Source of the DNA: Tubiluchus corallicola | Lineage: Eukaryota; Animalia; Priapulida | DNA length: 64,000 bases | Assembly (NCBI GenBank): GCA_030141605.1 | Contig: JAQGDQ010000816.1 | Span: forward strand, 28,554-92,553 | Direction of reading: 5' to 3' | Part shown: positions 1 through 22,272 of the stretch, piece after piece | How the letters are laid out: the number at the start of each line of letters is the position of its first letter | Numbering within the stretch: the stretch's first letter is position 1 | Position numbers and translations under genes: made by a program | Notes under the pieces: generated by a model | What the model saw: only the letters and a program-made list of their open reading frames with translations | The model's database searches: none | Told to the model about the DNA's origin: nothing

Positions 1-8765
<8,765 letters not shown>

Positions 8766-9149
8766 ATGACGCAAACAAGTTCGTCTCGTTTCGTTCTCCT
8801 AGCAACAGGCCTATTCAGCTAGTCTAGTTAATTCTTAAATGTGATGATAGTGAAATATAGATTTGCACATGCGTGTAAGCATTTGCTATATCTTAAATCG
8901 TAGAAAACTAAATGTTATGTATCCAAAATGTTACTTGCAGTAGTGTAATTTATTTGCACAGTATCTTTGTTGTTGTTACTGTTACAGTCACCGTACATTA
9001 ATAATTTAAATGTATTGGAACTTGAAAGTATTACACGTCATTGGTATGACCATGAGTTATTACTATTATTGTTGTTTTATGATGAGAATGACTTCCAGCT
9101 ATTTTATGGGATAAAAACAAAAAATGATTGATATTTAAGAAATTCTTGG

Positions 9150-9575
9150 TATCTACTTCACATGTGTGAAACATAACTTAACAAGATCCTTGATCATTTC
9201 GAACGATAAATTACAGAAACATTTTGGGTATTAGATGGCCAAAGAAAATTTCAAACAAAGATCTATATGAAAAAATAAAAGAAGAACCTTGGACAAGAAA
9301 AATAAAAAGATGCCGTTTAAGATGGATTGGGTATATGCTTAGATTACCTGATGATGTTCCAGTGAAGATAGCTCTTCAACAAGCCATAGAACCAGCTAAA
9401 AAACCTGCAGGAGGACAAATGTTAACATATTTAGATTTTGCACAGAAATATTTAAACACTTCAGCATTGATCCTTAGAAATAAATGCACTTGGTGCATTG
9501 CGGCGTGTAGGGAGTCCTGGCATCCCAGGTGAACAGAATCATGTCCTTGGACGTGTGATTCATTGGATGATGACG
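9150..9575 (+). mobile_element. Decayed RTE-type LINE 3' fragment downstream of the V-ATPase stop
   Basis: ORF 9224..9532 (GIRWPKKISNKDLY...RLRWIGYMLRLPDDVPVKIAL) resembles the RTE ORF C-terminus. Confidence 0.7.
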
Positions 9576-11304
9576 AAGTGATGTACGAAAACTCGAAGAC
9601 ATTTGGCGATGCATTGATTATTTGCAGTTTTCTGACCTTCTTTCAAAAGGTTCATTTATACATGTTAGAGCTAAAAGGGTAAAATTCATTCTCTTTTTAA
9701 AATGCTACTAGAACATCTCTGTGTCATTAGAAGACTGTGAGATGAAGTTCCTGCTATTGAAATGTTCTAAGAAGACTGTTTAAGCGTGTAATCTAAACAA
9801 GTAAATTTAATTTAAAAGAATAAAAGCTATTTAGTGTAGAGCTTTGTATAACCGGATTAGTAACTTCAAAGTCTGCATTTTGAATTTGACTTTGTGTTTG
9901 CTTTGCATATGCTTTGAACTCTTCTCGCATTTTGACATAATTTGTAGCGCGCAGAAAGTCGACGTTCTAGACTTGTTGAATGTATGGAAACATTAGAACA
10001 ACCATGTAAAAAACTCTGTGTTTATAAAAAGATGCCAACCAATGTTACAGAAGATATTTAGTTATAGTACTAAAAGCTGTGCTGAAAGGTAAAATTGTGT
10101 TGTTGACCTCAATACATTAAGATTAAAATAAATTCAGATGTTGTAAAGAAGTTAACTGTGTTTGGTCGTTTAGTTGTCTAGCTAGTCATTTTTTATTTTG
10201 TTTACTATAATTTCATGTATTACACCAGGGATCTTCAGTGATCATTTTTGACCCTTGGGAATCGATGGGACTATCCAAGGGGTCAATAAACGCCTGGACA
10301 GTTTGTAGTTTTGGGGTCGAAAGCCAACATTTGTATAAGAAATAAAAAAACACGAAATACAAATTGCTGATACACATGTTTCTAATTTTGTTTCCCTTCC
10401 CTGAGCTTCCTTAGAGATACAGGGAGAGTGGATACAGAACAACAATGCCGCAGGCCTTGGCATGTAGTTTACTGATGTATATGCAAGCAGGGTTTGGTAT
10501 GCAGTTTCCCTCACTAGTGTATATGGAAACTGCACATATACTTCGTTATTATTAATTATTTTTTGTACATGCCTGGGGGTCGATGAGAAATCCAGTATTC
10601 CATGAAGGATTCAATGGTCTAAAAAATCCGGGACCCCTGAATTATGCAATTCTACTATCAATCATTAAGTGAAGGTCTATTATTTTGACTCATTTTTAGC
10701 AACCACATGAGATTATGAAAGCGAAAAAAAACATTAATGGTAGGTGCAAACTGATTGATACTTTGCGTACACTGCTTGTCATAGCAACATTATGGTGGTA
10801 AAGCCTGATTGTAGTTTGGACAAAACTTGGTGCACTTAGCAGACTTCCAGCATTAGTTGCACAGACAATTGTTATGATCAGAATTTAACTGTACTTAGAC
10901 CAACTCGGAAACTTAATGCATTGACACAGCGTGCCTGAAATTTAGAAAATTCAAGTGATCAACGTTTTAAGCATGTCAGTAACAGTAAGCCTACAGAGAT
11001 TATTCTGCTGATGTAATGACAAAGACACAATGGTAGTATAGCACTATTTTCAGTATGAACGAACATAACAAGTTAAAATAAGATTACCAAAATCTTCAAT
11101 TTCCACAAAGCAAGAATGCATTGTGCAATGAACCAGTCGCTGCAGATAATCGAAATCGCAAAAGCAACATACAAGAAGCTGTGACTGATAAACAAAGATT
11201 GATGCTACTGATTTGTTGTTTTGTACCTGTCTGAAGGCAGATTTCTTTTGTTTTAGAATTCTCCCTGCCCAATGTCTACAATAGACGTGATGATGATGAG
11301 TAAC

Positions 11305-11552
11305 TGATAAAAGTGTGTCACGTTGTCTTTAAATTCGTCACGTGACAACACCCACAAACATGATGGCGATACGAACTGTAGTGTAGACCTGTGAATACAA
11401 CGTAATTATTGGTAATTATACACTAAATATATGAGTAAATTACCACGAGATTAGCGGAAACATTCACTGGTGACGTGAGAATAATGACCTACGAGCCCAG
11501 AAACGAGTAATAACCTAGAAAAAACTAGGGGGTGCGAAAGTGTAATGGCGCC
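11305..11552. mobile_element. Solitary right end of the same 9-bp-TSD element, upstream of KLHL
   Basis: Colinear with 46125-46280 plus 46950-47069, i.e. the empty site of the hAT insertion; ends in the TIR GGTGCGAAAGTGTAATGGCGCC. Confidence 0.85.
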
Positions 11553-11708
11553 GAAATTAAGTCTTAACGTAAGAGTTCGATTATTTAATGCTTATGTTAC
11601 CAGCAAATTTATGTAGAACAGTGAAACTTGAGAATGCTCAGACCAAGCAGACGTAGCTACATCGTTTGATAATTTGTATCAGCATCAATTTGCAACAGGT
11701 GTTTTTGA

Positions 11709-11960
11709 ATGGCTGATATGGAAACTGAGGAGGCAGCCGCAGCACATGAAGGTAGTCACAAGAAGAAGGTGAGCAGTAGCCATAAAGCTGTACAGACTGA
11801 TGAGAATGGAGATGAGAAGGTTAAAACTGCTAAATCTACCGTTGTGAGCAAGGCTGTTATACCAGCACCCGATTGTTCTGAATGCGGCGTTCAGACCGAC
11901 GTTGGCGGATTGGATGTGTCGTTAAAAGTGGGGAATTCGACAATAAAATGCTGCAAAAAG
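11709..11960 (+). CDS. KLHL exon 1 (disordered N-terminus and BTB start)
   Basis: MADMETEE...DVSLKVGNSTIKCCKK|gtaatt. Confidence 0.88.
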
Positions 11961-14900
11961 GTAATTTTAAGTAAAGTGTATCAGTTTGTCGCAGAGTTTG
12001 ATAATGTTTCTGTCACCTTGTTGCAGGCTAGTTGTATTAATTATTGGTTTCTTTCTGTTTCATCGCTTATTTTGTGTAAGTTTATCTTCTATTTGACGGA
12101 TCATTTTATATCGTAATTGGCGATGGGCGATTTTGAAATTTTCTAATTCGATTACAATCTTGTTCTTGTAATTTGATATCTCAATCAATCCTTTGCGTTA
12201 TTTTTTTTAGTGCTTTAGCCATATTTTTCAAACATTGCAGCACTGAAATATAGCCTATAAAGTTCTTCGGGGCTTTCGTCGCTGTGTGCCATTTTCGTAC
12301 TGGCAAACAATTTTTAATTACTCCATTCATTAACTACTCTATTACTATGTCAACTAAACATGTCACATCAAAATGAATAAGAAGCCCCAGTTTGCAACAC
12401 TGTGGTTTGCAATTGTGCACATCGTGTAAGGTGAGAAAAACGAAGAAAAAATGCAAGAATTTCGTTTATTTGTAATAAAGCACTGCATTTTAGTCAGTGT
12501 GCAACACGTGTATTTTACTCTCGATTAACTGAATTACTGTTCAATTGCCGATTATGTCGATTTATACATGACTGTAATTTCGATTAATCTGTTAATTGCC
12601 CATCACTAAGCTTCATTGTATCTGAGTAAGTAGTTTAAGACATTGTCTTGACTATGCATCAACATGCCGCTGTTGTGGAGATATACGAAGTAGTTTTATT
12701 TGGTATTGTCTTGGACATTTCGCCTCAGTTTTCAATGTTTCCTACATTCAATTGGTGTCGTTTAACCATTGTTAACAGGTAGTCGCCAACTTACGATCTG
12801 TGCAACTTATGACTGTTTGACTTGACGACCTGAGCACAACTTGATTAATTAATATTTCCTTCTATTTTTAAGTAAATTAACTTTAAATCACTAGCGGTTT
12901 CAGTAAGTTCATCTGTAGGAGCTGCTATATTTAGTGCGCGCACGCATATCGTCTTACGTTACGTGTAAGGGCACATCACTAGAACATACGGGATTTCTCC
13001 TTTCCTGTCGTTATGTACACTACTTTTCCTTCTAGTAATATTTCACTTGAAATAGGTTATAATGTGTTTTCCTTCAGTTACTTAGGTATGCCAGGTTATG
13101 TTCAACTAAAAATGGGTTTTTGATTAGAGCAGCTAGGTTCTATAAAGTTATGTCAAATAGGGTTACTCTATGACGAGTCTTCTTCAATCTTGTGAAATTG
13201 TTTTTAAAAGTCGCTGTTTTCTTTTATTTAAGTTTGGTTGGTATTCGGTTAAGCAAGTGCCTGTCGCCTTGATGTGATTTTGGTGATGAGAAACTTGTCT
13301 AGCCTTTTCTCACTTTGCGGTCATGTTGTGGGAGCCCCTTCTCTTTCTTTGTCATTGCTGCAGTTGGTTTAAGTTGCTGTTCTGTGTGTCTTTGCTTTGT
13401 ATTATGTGTTATGTCTGTAGTTATCACTTTAACATCTAAGATTGGCCAGTCAATGTGTTATGTGTTATGTCTGTAGTTATCACTTTAACATCTAAGTTTG
13501 GACAGTCAGTGTATTATGTGTTACGTCTGTAATTATAACTTTAACATCTAAGTTTGGGCAGTCAATGTATTATGTGTTACGTCTGTAATTATCACTTTAA
13601 CATCTAAGATTGGGCAGTCAATGTATTATGTGTTATGTCTGTAGTTATCACTTTAACATCTAAGATTGGGCAGTCATTGTATTATGTGTTATGTCTGTAG
13701 TTATCACTTTAACATCTAAGATTGGGCAGTCAATGTGTTGTGTTATGTCTGTAGTTATAACTTTAACATCTAAGGTTGGACAGTCAATGTATTATGTGTT
13801 ATGTCTGTAGTTATCACTTTAACATCTAAGATTGGGCAGTCATTGTATTATGTTATGTCTGTAGTTATCACTTTAACATCTAAGGTTGGGCAGTCATTGT
13901 GACTGGGTCCCCGCCGGGAGAGTTTGAAGATAGTGAGTAGGGACTGAAAGAATCTCACCTGTCGACCCTTTTCCTTTGGTGGTAATTTTGTACGCGTGTG
14001 CCATAGTAAATTGTATGATTTGCAGTTGTTTGTGTGTGTGATGTTGATGTCATTTGAATTTAATTCTAAATCATCTTACAACGAATGGCCGGAACCGATT
14101 GTGGTCATAAGTCAATTACCTGTATACCTGTAGTGTGCCATTGTTTATTGATGATGACTTTAAAAGTTCATAAACAATCAGTAGGAGGTTTATCCGCAGC
14201 ATATAATCAAGACGACACTGTAGTTTTATTTTGCATTTTCAGGCACTAAGCGTCGCTAGTGCATACTTTGATGCCATGTTTTCGGTGGAGATGAAGGAAA
14301 ATCAAACTCAAGAAGTACGCCTAGAGGGCATCTCATACTCCACTTTAGCCACTCTTGTAGAATATGCATATCTACATTACTACGATCACCTGGATTCAAG
14401 AGTATCAACTTTAAATGTAAGTAATGAGAATGAGCATGTAACATGCGGTGTATTCATGCAATATTTCAAACTTCACTTTACTTTCTACTGTTGTAGTTCT
14501 TTCCCTGGGCTTGCTCTACCATTAGTCGAACTAATCAAATTTCGAAAATAATTCTTTAACTTTTAAGTTTAAGATAAGTAGTAACACAATATAGGTGTAA
14601 TTGCTGAAAGGAAGGCAGGTGATTTTTCATATACCACTCCATGTTTAAGTACAGTAATAGCATACATTTTAACACCAATAATACTGTAAAAGTGTTTCTG
14701 ATAATTAAATAACAGATTAAAATCGCATTAACAATGGGCAGTCCAACTAGTGATGACATCACAAACTAACATAATTTTCAACATCAAAAATATTCCACGA
14801 GCAAAAGCAGAAATTAAAGTAATTCAGTGTGTTGTACTTAAACTAGAGAAGTTTTAAGATTTCAAATTTACCACTGTGCACATGCATGAGCTGTTGAATG

Positions 14901-17900
14901 TGTGCAGTTTGTCACAAACTAACACATCTGGGTTGAGAGGTATGGCACCTTTTTTGTGACGGGTTTCCGAAATGCAGGTGCTAGTGCTAGTGCATGTTTA
15001 ACCAGCGAATGGCAAAATGCGTGTAACAGCGTAGAACTAGAGTGCCGCGAACGTGACATTGCGTTTGTGTGGTAATAATTCTTTGACATAAGTCATTTTT
15101 GAAAAAATTGTACGTTTTCTCTCAATGTATTAAAGAGTAGATTGTTTTTACTTACAATTTAAGGGCCCAGTTTTGCTTGAAGGTTCAGTTATTTTGGGTT
15201 ATTTTTCAGCAGAATGCCATTCAAGAAACAAATGTTTCTGTCGGCTGTTGATGTAAAAGGAAAATGTAGTTTTTCAAAGTTTTGTTGTGCGCAGGAGCAG
15301 TTGTTGTAGGTCAAAGATTAGGGAGCAGGACGTCTTAACTATAACCGTCACCTGACATGTGTGTAGTTTATTTTGACGTACTGTTTAACATTGGGTCCGG
15401 TATTTCCTTTAAAGTACAAGAAAATGACCGACCAAAGTATGCCCCAGAAAATTCGCAATAAAAAGTTATATCACCTAAGTATAATCTTAAGCGAGTAAAA
15501 TACTCACGTTTTCGCATTTACTCCAACTTTTGTAAAATATTTCAATAGCTGCCGTTAACGTTGGCGCAGACATGTTTCATTTAGTCCGCCAGTTGAAAAG
15601 CCAGAATGTGATTGATCACGTGGCATGACATCACTCGAACACAGTCGCAGTGAGTTCTGAGCACATGTACTATAAAGATTTGTGTTGTGGTTCTGTGACG
15701 CCATCTAATATGGCGCCGCTGTGACAGTCTCGTGGGAATATTTAAAATGAAAACAAACAGGAAATTCTTTTAACGCAAGTACAATAAACGCTTAAGATTG
15801 ACTCTAACCGTCACAATTCTTTAGCGAAAATTTTCAGAGACTTGCTTTAACTAGACCTTTTCTTGCCCTTTAAGTCGCCAGTTCATTGATGATGCTACAA
15901 GGTAAATCTCCCGCCCAACCAACATTCATTGTATAGTGCTAGATAACTGTTTCTTACTGTAGACTGAGGCACTAAGCTTTAAGTCGCAAACATGCATAAT
16001 TAACATTGTGTCAGAAATAAATGACACCTGGTAGAATAAGTAACTTTAACTTGATCAAAATTTTATCAGCTTATAATGGCAAACAAGTCGATGCACATAT
16101 ATTTGTGTCATGACCACTTTCTAGAGAAAATAACGATACTTAGCGCTTCAGTTAAGGTAAAAAAAATTTGGCACTAGAATGAGAAACTTGCATTAGGTAG
16201 GATTAAGAATTCTTCTTTAAAGTAAAGCATTTGTTGGTAAGTGAGGAACAGGTGCAAAAAGATCGTCGACTTTAAAAAATGAATCCTTACTAAACGGGAT
16301 GTGGTTAAGAATATTAATTTGTTTTTGATAATTCAACTGCGAAAGTGCTGACAGTGATATTGTTGTTTTTTTGCATTAGGAGGAGTGAATTTCAGTGCTA
16401 AAACTGATATGGAGTTTACATGAAGGTCGCACGGGTCGAATCTGTATTACAAGCCCTATTGTTCACTATCGTGTGAAAATATGTCGTATCTAGTCAACTT
16501 CGGAAGAGGCTAGTCCCATTGTACCAGCTGTCAGACAAATAAGTTTCACGCTGCGCTAGGCAACCGGAATATTCAGTAGGGTAGATTCCAGCTAATAATT
16601 TTGCTCCGCGTTACTTAAAGTGCTGCACAAATGCCTAAACATGTTAAATGACCCTAAAAATGTTAAATGAGTTGTTGGCTTCCGTGATTAGGAGCTCAAT
16701 GTATGTCCGGGACAGGTGTGAGACCCGGAATAAATATTAGCAGAAAATTGTAGCCATGAGTGTTAAAGTGCAACTTTGGTGCCAAAAGACCAAAATTTTA
16801 TATTTACAACTGGCCATTTCTTACAAATGACCGAGTTCCCCAATGCACGCGAGTAGTGCTGAAACGAGCAAACTTAAACTACTAACGCGAAAATATTCTG
16901 CTTTATTGTCTGTGCTTCTCAGACCTCGGGTACATAATGTAACAGCTCAGCAGTATTGTCAGCTGCCGCAAAAGCCACCTAGTGGTGGATGAACGCCGCC
17001 TTTGTTATTAGTTTATTGGTTAGTGGCCGGATTGTGCATTGTTTTCGTGTAAAGTCAGTAAAAGTCTGCACAATTGAATTGTTGTTGCTGGTAAAGGTGT
17101 TCATCTATTGAGAATGTACACTTTATGATTTTTGTTTTGTTTTTCAGTTAAAGAAAATGGCAGATTGCCTGGTAAGTGTAGCTTTGTCGTTCAGTTGCAA
17201 ACACAAGCATCTGTTATTGTTTATAGTAGTTCAGTGTTCCTGGTTTAGCAGAGAGTTTACGCTACAATCGCAGAATGCTTTGTCGTGATTGTAGTAGCGG
17301 AACTGAAGTCATCCTACAGTCACGATGATCGTAGATGGGAATCATTGCTGTGCTTGCAAACCAAAGTCGTCCGTAAGTTGGCATAGTCAAAGCATCAGCG
17401 TCTAGCATCAAATTATCAGGAAAATGTCCAAAAAATACTATAAATATAATTTTATAACTCCTTATTCACTTTTCTGTCTAGAAACTAGTATTGCAATTGT
17501 AAAATTCTTGTATTTTCTAACTCCGGTTGTAGCTCGTGGAAGCAACCATTTTGCTTCGGGTTTTTTCTTTTTACAAGACAAGATCTCCGTCAAGAAGAGC
17601 CATCTACGGATTTAAATGTAACTTCAATTTGCTCTTGTAAAATCCACAGCAACCACACTTTCGTGCGGTTGCTAAGTGTTTTGTAGAGACACGACAAAAA
17701 CAATGGCTGACTTTAACAGCATTTTTCTCAAGATTATGTTTTTCAGTGTGCAGCCTGCACCTTAACTTCAACGTGGATTATCTCAGCTTAGAAATAACGT
17801 AGAGCGATGAGCTTGGTATCAGAATGATCCTCATGAAATGGAGATTTGGGATATGTAAATAACTAGAAAAGCTTAATTGCCGACTTATGGTATTTTGCTA

Positions 17901-20900
17901 TGCAAGCACACATTTGTATTGTAGTTACATTGTAAAGCACACCGCATACTGGCTAATTTATACTTTCGTAAAATTCAAACAGATTTTCCGGTCCTTAGGT
18001 GTTCGTGTTGTACATTGGTTACTCACCGTTACTGTATGTTTTTAGTATTCCTTATATGAAATATGTATTGCAATGCTTCATTAATGTGTTTTATTTTCTT
18101 GAACAGATCACAGACTCCAATATTCAGGATCTGCTGCAAGCTTCATGTAGGTTCCAGTTTACGAAAATGATTTCTTACTGCGAAGTGTACATGATGCATC
18201 ACATCGACAGCGACAATTGCCTCAGCATTTTATCGTGGGCGGTTCCACTTAACCTTACCAAGCTGCGGAAGAAAGCGTTCGGCTATGCGCTGTGGAACTT
18301 TCATCAAGTGTTCTCTTCGCCAGAGTTTCTAAACTTGCCTTACGACATCGTTCATCAGTACTTGTCGCATGATTGGCTGAACTTAGACAGTGTGCGGCAG
18401 CATGCTGACGACGTTTGTCCGCACGGCGAATTTGCAGTGTTCGAAGCGGCGTTGAACTGGTCTTCGCATTCGCCCGATAGGACGTTGTTCTTCTGCGACC
18501 TGTTAGAATGTGTGAGATTTGATTATACCATGAGCGAACACGTGCGACACATACAAAAACTGCCACTCGTAAGTAATTGTGAAAAATGTACGACGTACAT
18601 GAGTGGGAAAGAGCCTTGCATGAGACAGCAACATGGATTGGAAGATAAACAGCCGCGATCGGTAAGTTTATTTTAGTTCGTTTCTCCGTAACGTTTCAGG
18701 AATGAATTTATGTATAAAAACATGTGTATAAACACAAATAGAGTAAAAATGTGTTAATTAAGTAAATTTAATGTCAATGAAATAGGGTAACCTAGCCACG
18801 GGGGGGGGGGTGGGCAAGCCAGCCCAACTCAGTGCTGGTCCCAAGCCCGGATAAATAGGGAGGGTTAGGGTCAGGAAGGGCATCCTCCTGAAAAAACTGC
18901 TCCAAAACCTTCTATGAATGAGTCGGTGAGTGCAAAGAAGTGGTCAGACCCGCTCTAATCTATGGGCTGGAAGCAGCTTCTCTAGCTGAAGACCGAAGAG
19001 AAGAAAATGGGTGTGCTGGAGATGAGGATGTTGAGATGGATGGTGGGAATAACAAGAAGAGATAAAATTAGAAATAATAATATCAGAGGAACAGTAAAAG
19101 TAGTGGAAGCCTCGCAAGATTGCGATGGTATGGACACCCGAAAAGAAGAGTCGGTGAAGATCTTGTGGGAAGGGAAGACATAAATGAAGAGATGGTCAAC
19201 AACAAGAATGCGTGGAGAAGACTCATTCACAACGGCTACCCCGTATAGGGAAAAGCTAGGAAGAAGAAGAAGAATGTCAATGAAATACGGTAGTGAATTG
19301 ACTGAAAAGTCATCAAGTCACTTACGTTTAATTTGGCAACGAGATAGGTAATTTGCGTTCTGGTTAACGTGGCAGATTAAATAATGATGTGAAATTGTTT
19401 GTTAAATAATTGTACATAATTATTATCTGTTTAACTGATTGACCAGGAAATAAATGATTAAGTTTTATGTTTTGCTACACGTTCGGACATGCGCGTTTTC
19501 TGTCTCTAGTTTCTTCTCTGACGGCAAACTCTTTTGTGAATTGCCTTGTGAGTTACTGTTGGCAAGGTATTTTAAACTCTCCCGCACTTGCTATGAGTTG
19601 ACTTATTGTCTAATGTGAACGTCGCAGTGAGTTACTCTCGACACTTCTCATGGCGAAATCAGAAGTGAGTGTCAGCTTGCGCTTTCTGTCGGAGAGTAAC
19701 TCACAGCAAGTTTTGTTCTCTATTTTGAACATGCTTGCGAGTTACTAGGCAAGTTACTTGCAGTGCATAGAGAATTGAGTGCCAGCTCACGCTTTCTGGT
19801 GGACAGTAACTTGCAGCAAGTTTTGCTCTCTAGGTTGAACACATTTGCGAGTTACTCTGCAAGTTTACTTGGTGAGAAAACTCGTTAGTCTGAATGCACC
19901 GTTAGTGAATAACTGAACAATTAAATGTGAAATTTATTTGATACTGGACAATGTGCGAATCTGTTATTCATTTTGTATCAATTAAAGCAATTGTACTTAG
20001 ATGCTCAAATTTTGATACATTATAATTTATATTGTATTTCAGAGAGTGTCAGGTTTTACATATTAGTGGAAGTTTTTTTATTTTCTGTGGCAATAATTAC
20101 TTGTTTGTTGTTTTTTCACTAGCACTAAACTCAGGCATTTGGGTTCAATTCTGACTGATCACTTTTTAGGACAACATTTTATTTATTCTTTTAGATAAAA
20201 AGTTAGTTTAAAGCAAAATTAGGGGTGAAATAAATGTGTTTTTTGCCAATTTTTTATTGTAATTTGGTGTCTTGGCTTTTTTTCTAAATTATGTGTCTAA
20301 TTTGTGTTGCAACAAGAATTAGCCACGGGTTACTTATACAAGTCGGACCAGTGCAACATGCTCACTGACTCTGGCAGCTCCTGCAGCCAACCTGGTGCCA
20401 AACTTATCGCTCCACTTTCCTTTGGACTACACCAGGGAGGAAGAGAGGGGGTTCCTGTTGTCTCGGCAACTCAGGATCTCCATACACCTTACCCAGGCGT
20501 GTGCCCTGGAGAGGCCACTCCAGTTCAATCCTGTTCGCTCAGCCACAGTCAACACTGCAGCTCCATCAATGTGATCAATAGCTGACTCTCTTGGCGCACA
20601 TTCCATTGTCTTCCGAGACAGAAGGATGCCAACAACTTATAGTAGAATTTATTATACATAGCTGTCCGAGTCATTGTTATGAATACTAAAATTATGTAGC
20701 ATTTTTGCAATAGTTAGGTTTGATTCTGTGCTTAAAAATATCTTACTTAATATGGGTTAGTGGGCTGCAGTTCTCAAAAAAAATTACTGTATGTTATACA
20801 AACTTCATACTTGTAGTGACAAGCAAAATTCTTTTTTAGCATCCCTATGCTGTCTTGTTAACCCACGTTTCTGATGTCGAGCAGAAGAAGCAAAGTCAGA

Positions 20901-22095
20901 GGACAGACGAAGAAGAAGAAGAAGTTCCATGCAAGCGGAAACGAACGGTAACAGTGAATTTTTCTCTTACTTGTTCGTGAAATGTTGCCAAGATGAGATG
21001 TTTCAATGTGTAATATCAGTGCAAACAGTGTGCAACCATTGAGAGTTCGTCATTGTCAGTATTTTCTTCTCTTATATTTGTCACATTATGATTACTGATT
21101 GCTTTTGTTCATTTATTACATTCAAGACTTACTGCTCAAATTTTCTTCCTTTTGTTTTTGTTTTTTTGCATTCATGATTTAACTACATTTTCGTTCATTT
21201 GCTGCATTTTAGTTCACTCGCTGCATTTATGATTTAATCAGATTGCTTTACACACTTTACACAGTTTGTTGTATTTGCGCTATAAATATTATATTAGAGA
21301 TAAATAAACCTTTTGAATTGAATTGAATTTACTTGCTGAGTATACTGTGGTTAAGAGACAGTGACAGTTTAGTAGGTTAGTAGTTTGTGTCATGCTGAAT
21401 TAATAGTTTGCTAAACAATAAGCCGTTTCACAGTTCCAGTGATTGATGAGGATTGTGAAGGGTAACTGTCAAATGTCAACGGTTAACTGTACGAGACGAC
21501 AAATTTATGTACACTTGACAATGCCTCGCAGCCCATGCTACTGTAACAGTAATAATTTTAATAGCTAGCTAGAACCTTACCACATTAATTTTTTCTAGTT
21601 CCCAAGCAAGGTCCTGCTAGTAAATCACTCTATGTGCAGATTAATGCATAACTAAGTAAAGTTCACGTAAAACAGCTGAAGTAATTGAACTGATATGGTA
21701 GACGGCTTTGCTTCACTCGCATGTCATGTGACGGTTGTAGTTAAGATGCATTCCTGTGGTACACTTAACCTTTGACCTACAACAACTGCGCATGAGCACA
21801 ATGAAACTGTGAAAAGGCATATTGATGTCGGCTTGGGATTCAAAACTAAAGACTTGGAATTTGCGTACGAAGGATTTACTACAGACACTGGCTTCCACGC
21901 ATTTTTGTGGTGGTTGTGAAACTAACTTGAAGTTTATTAGTTTGTTTGTTCATGTCTTTGTTTATTGTAACACCAACCAATCAGTACAAAGTAATATGCA
22001 AAAATATAGTGAAACAGTAATAGTACAGTGTACTAAGTAGGCCTAAGTACTGAATATACTGAGCAGCATATTTATCTTCTTTTTATTTATTATTA

Positions 22096-22135
<40 letters not shown>

Positions 22136-22187
22136 CATCATCATCATCATCATCATCATCGTCATCATCATCATTATTACTATTATT

Positions 22188-22219
<32 letters not shown>

Positions 22220-22225
22220 TATTAC

Positions 22226-22272
<47 letters not shown>

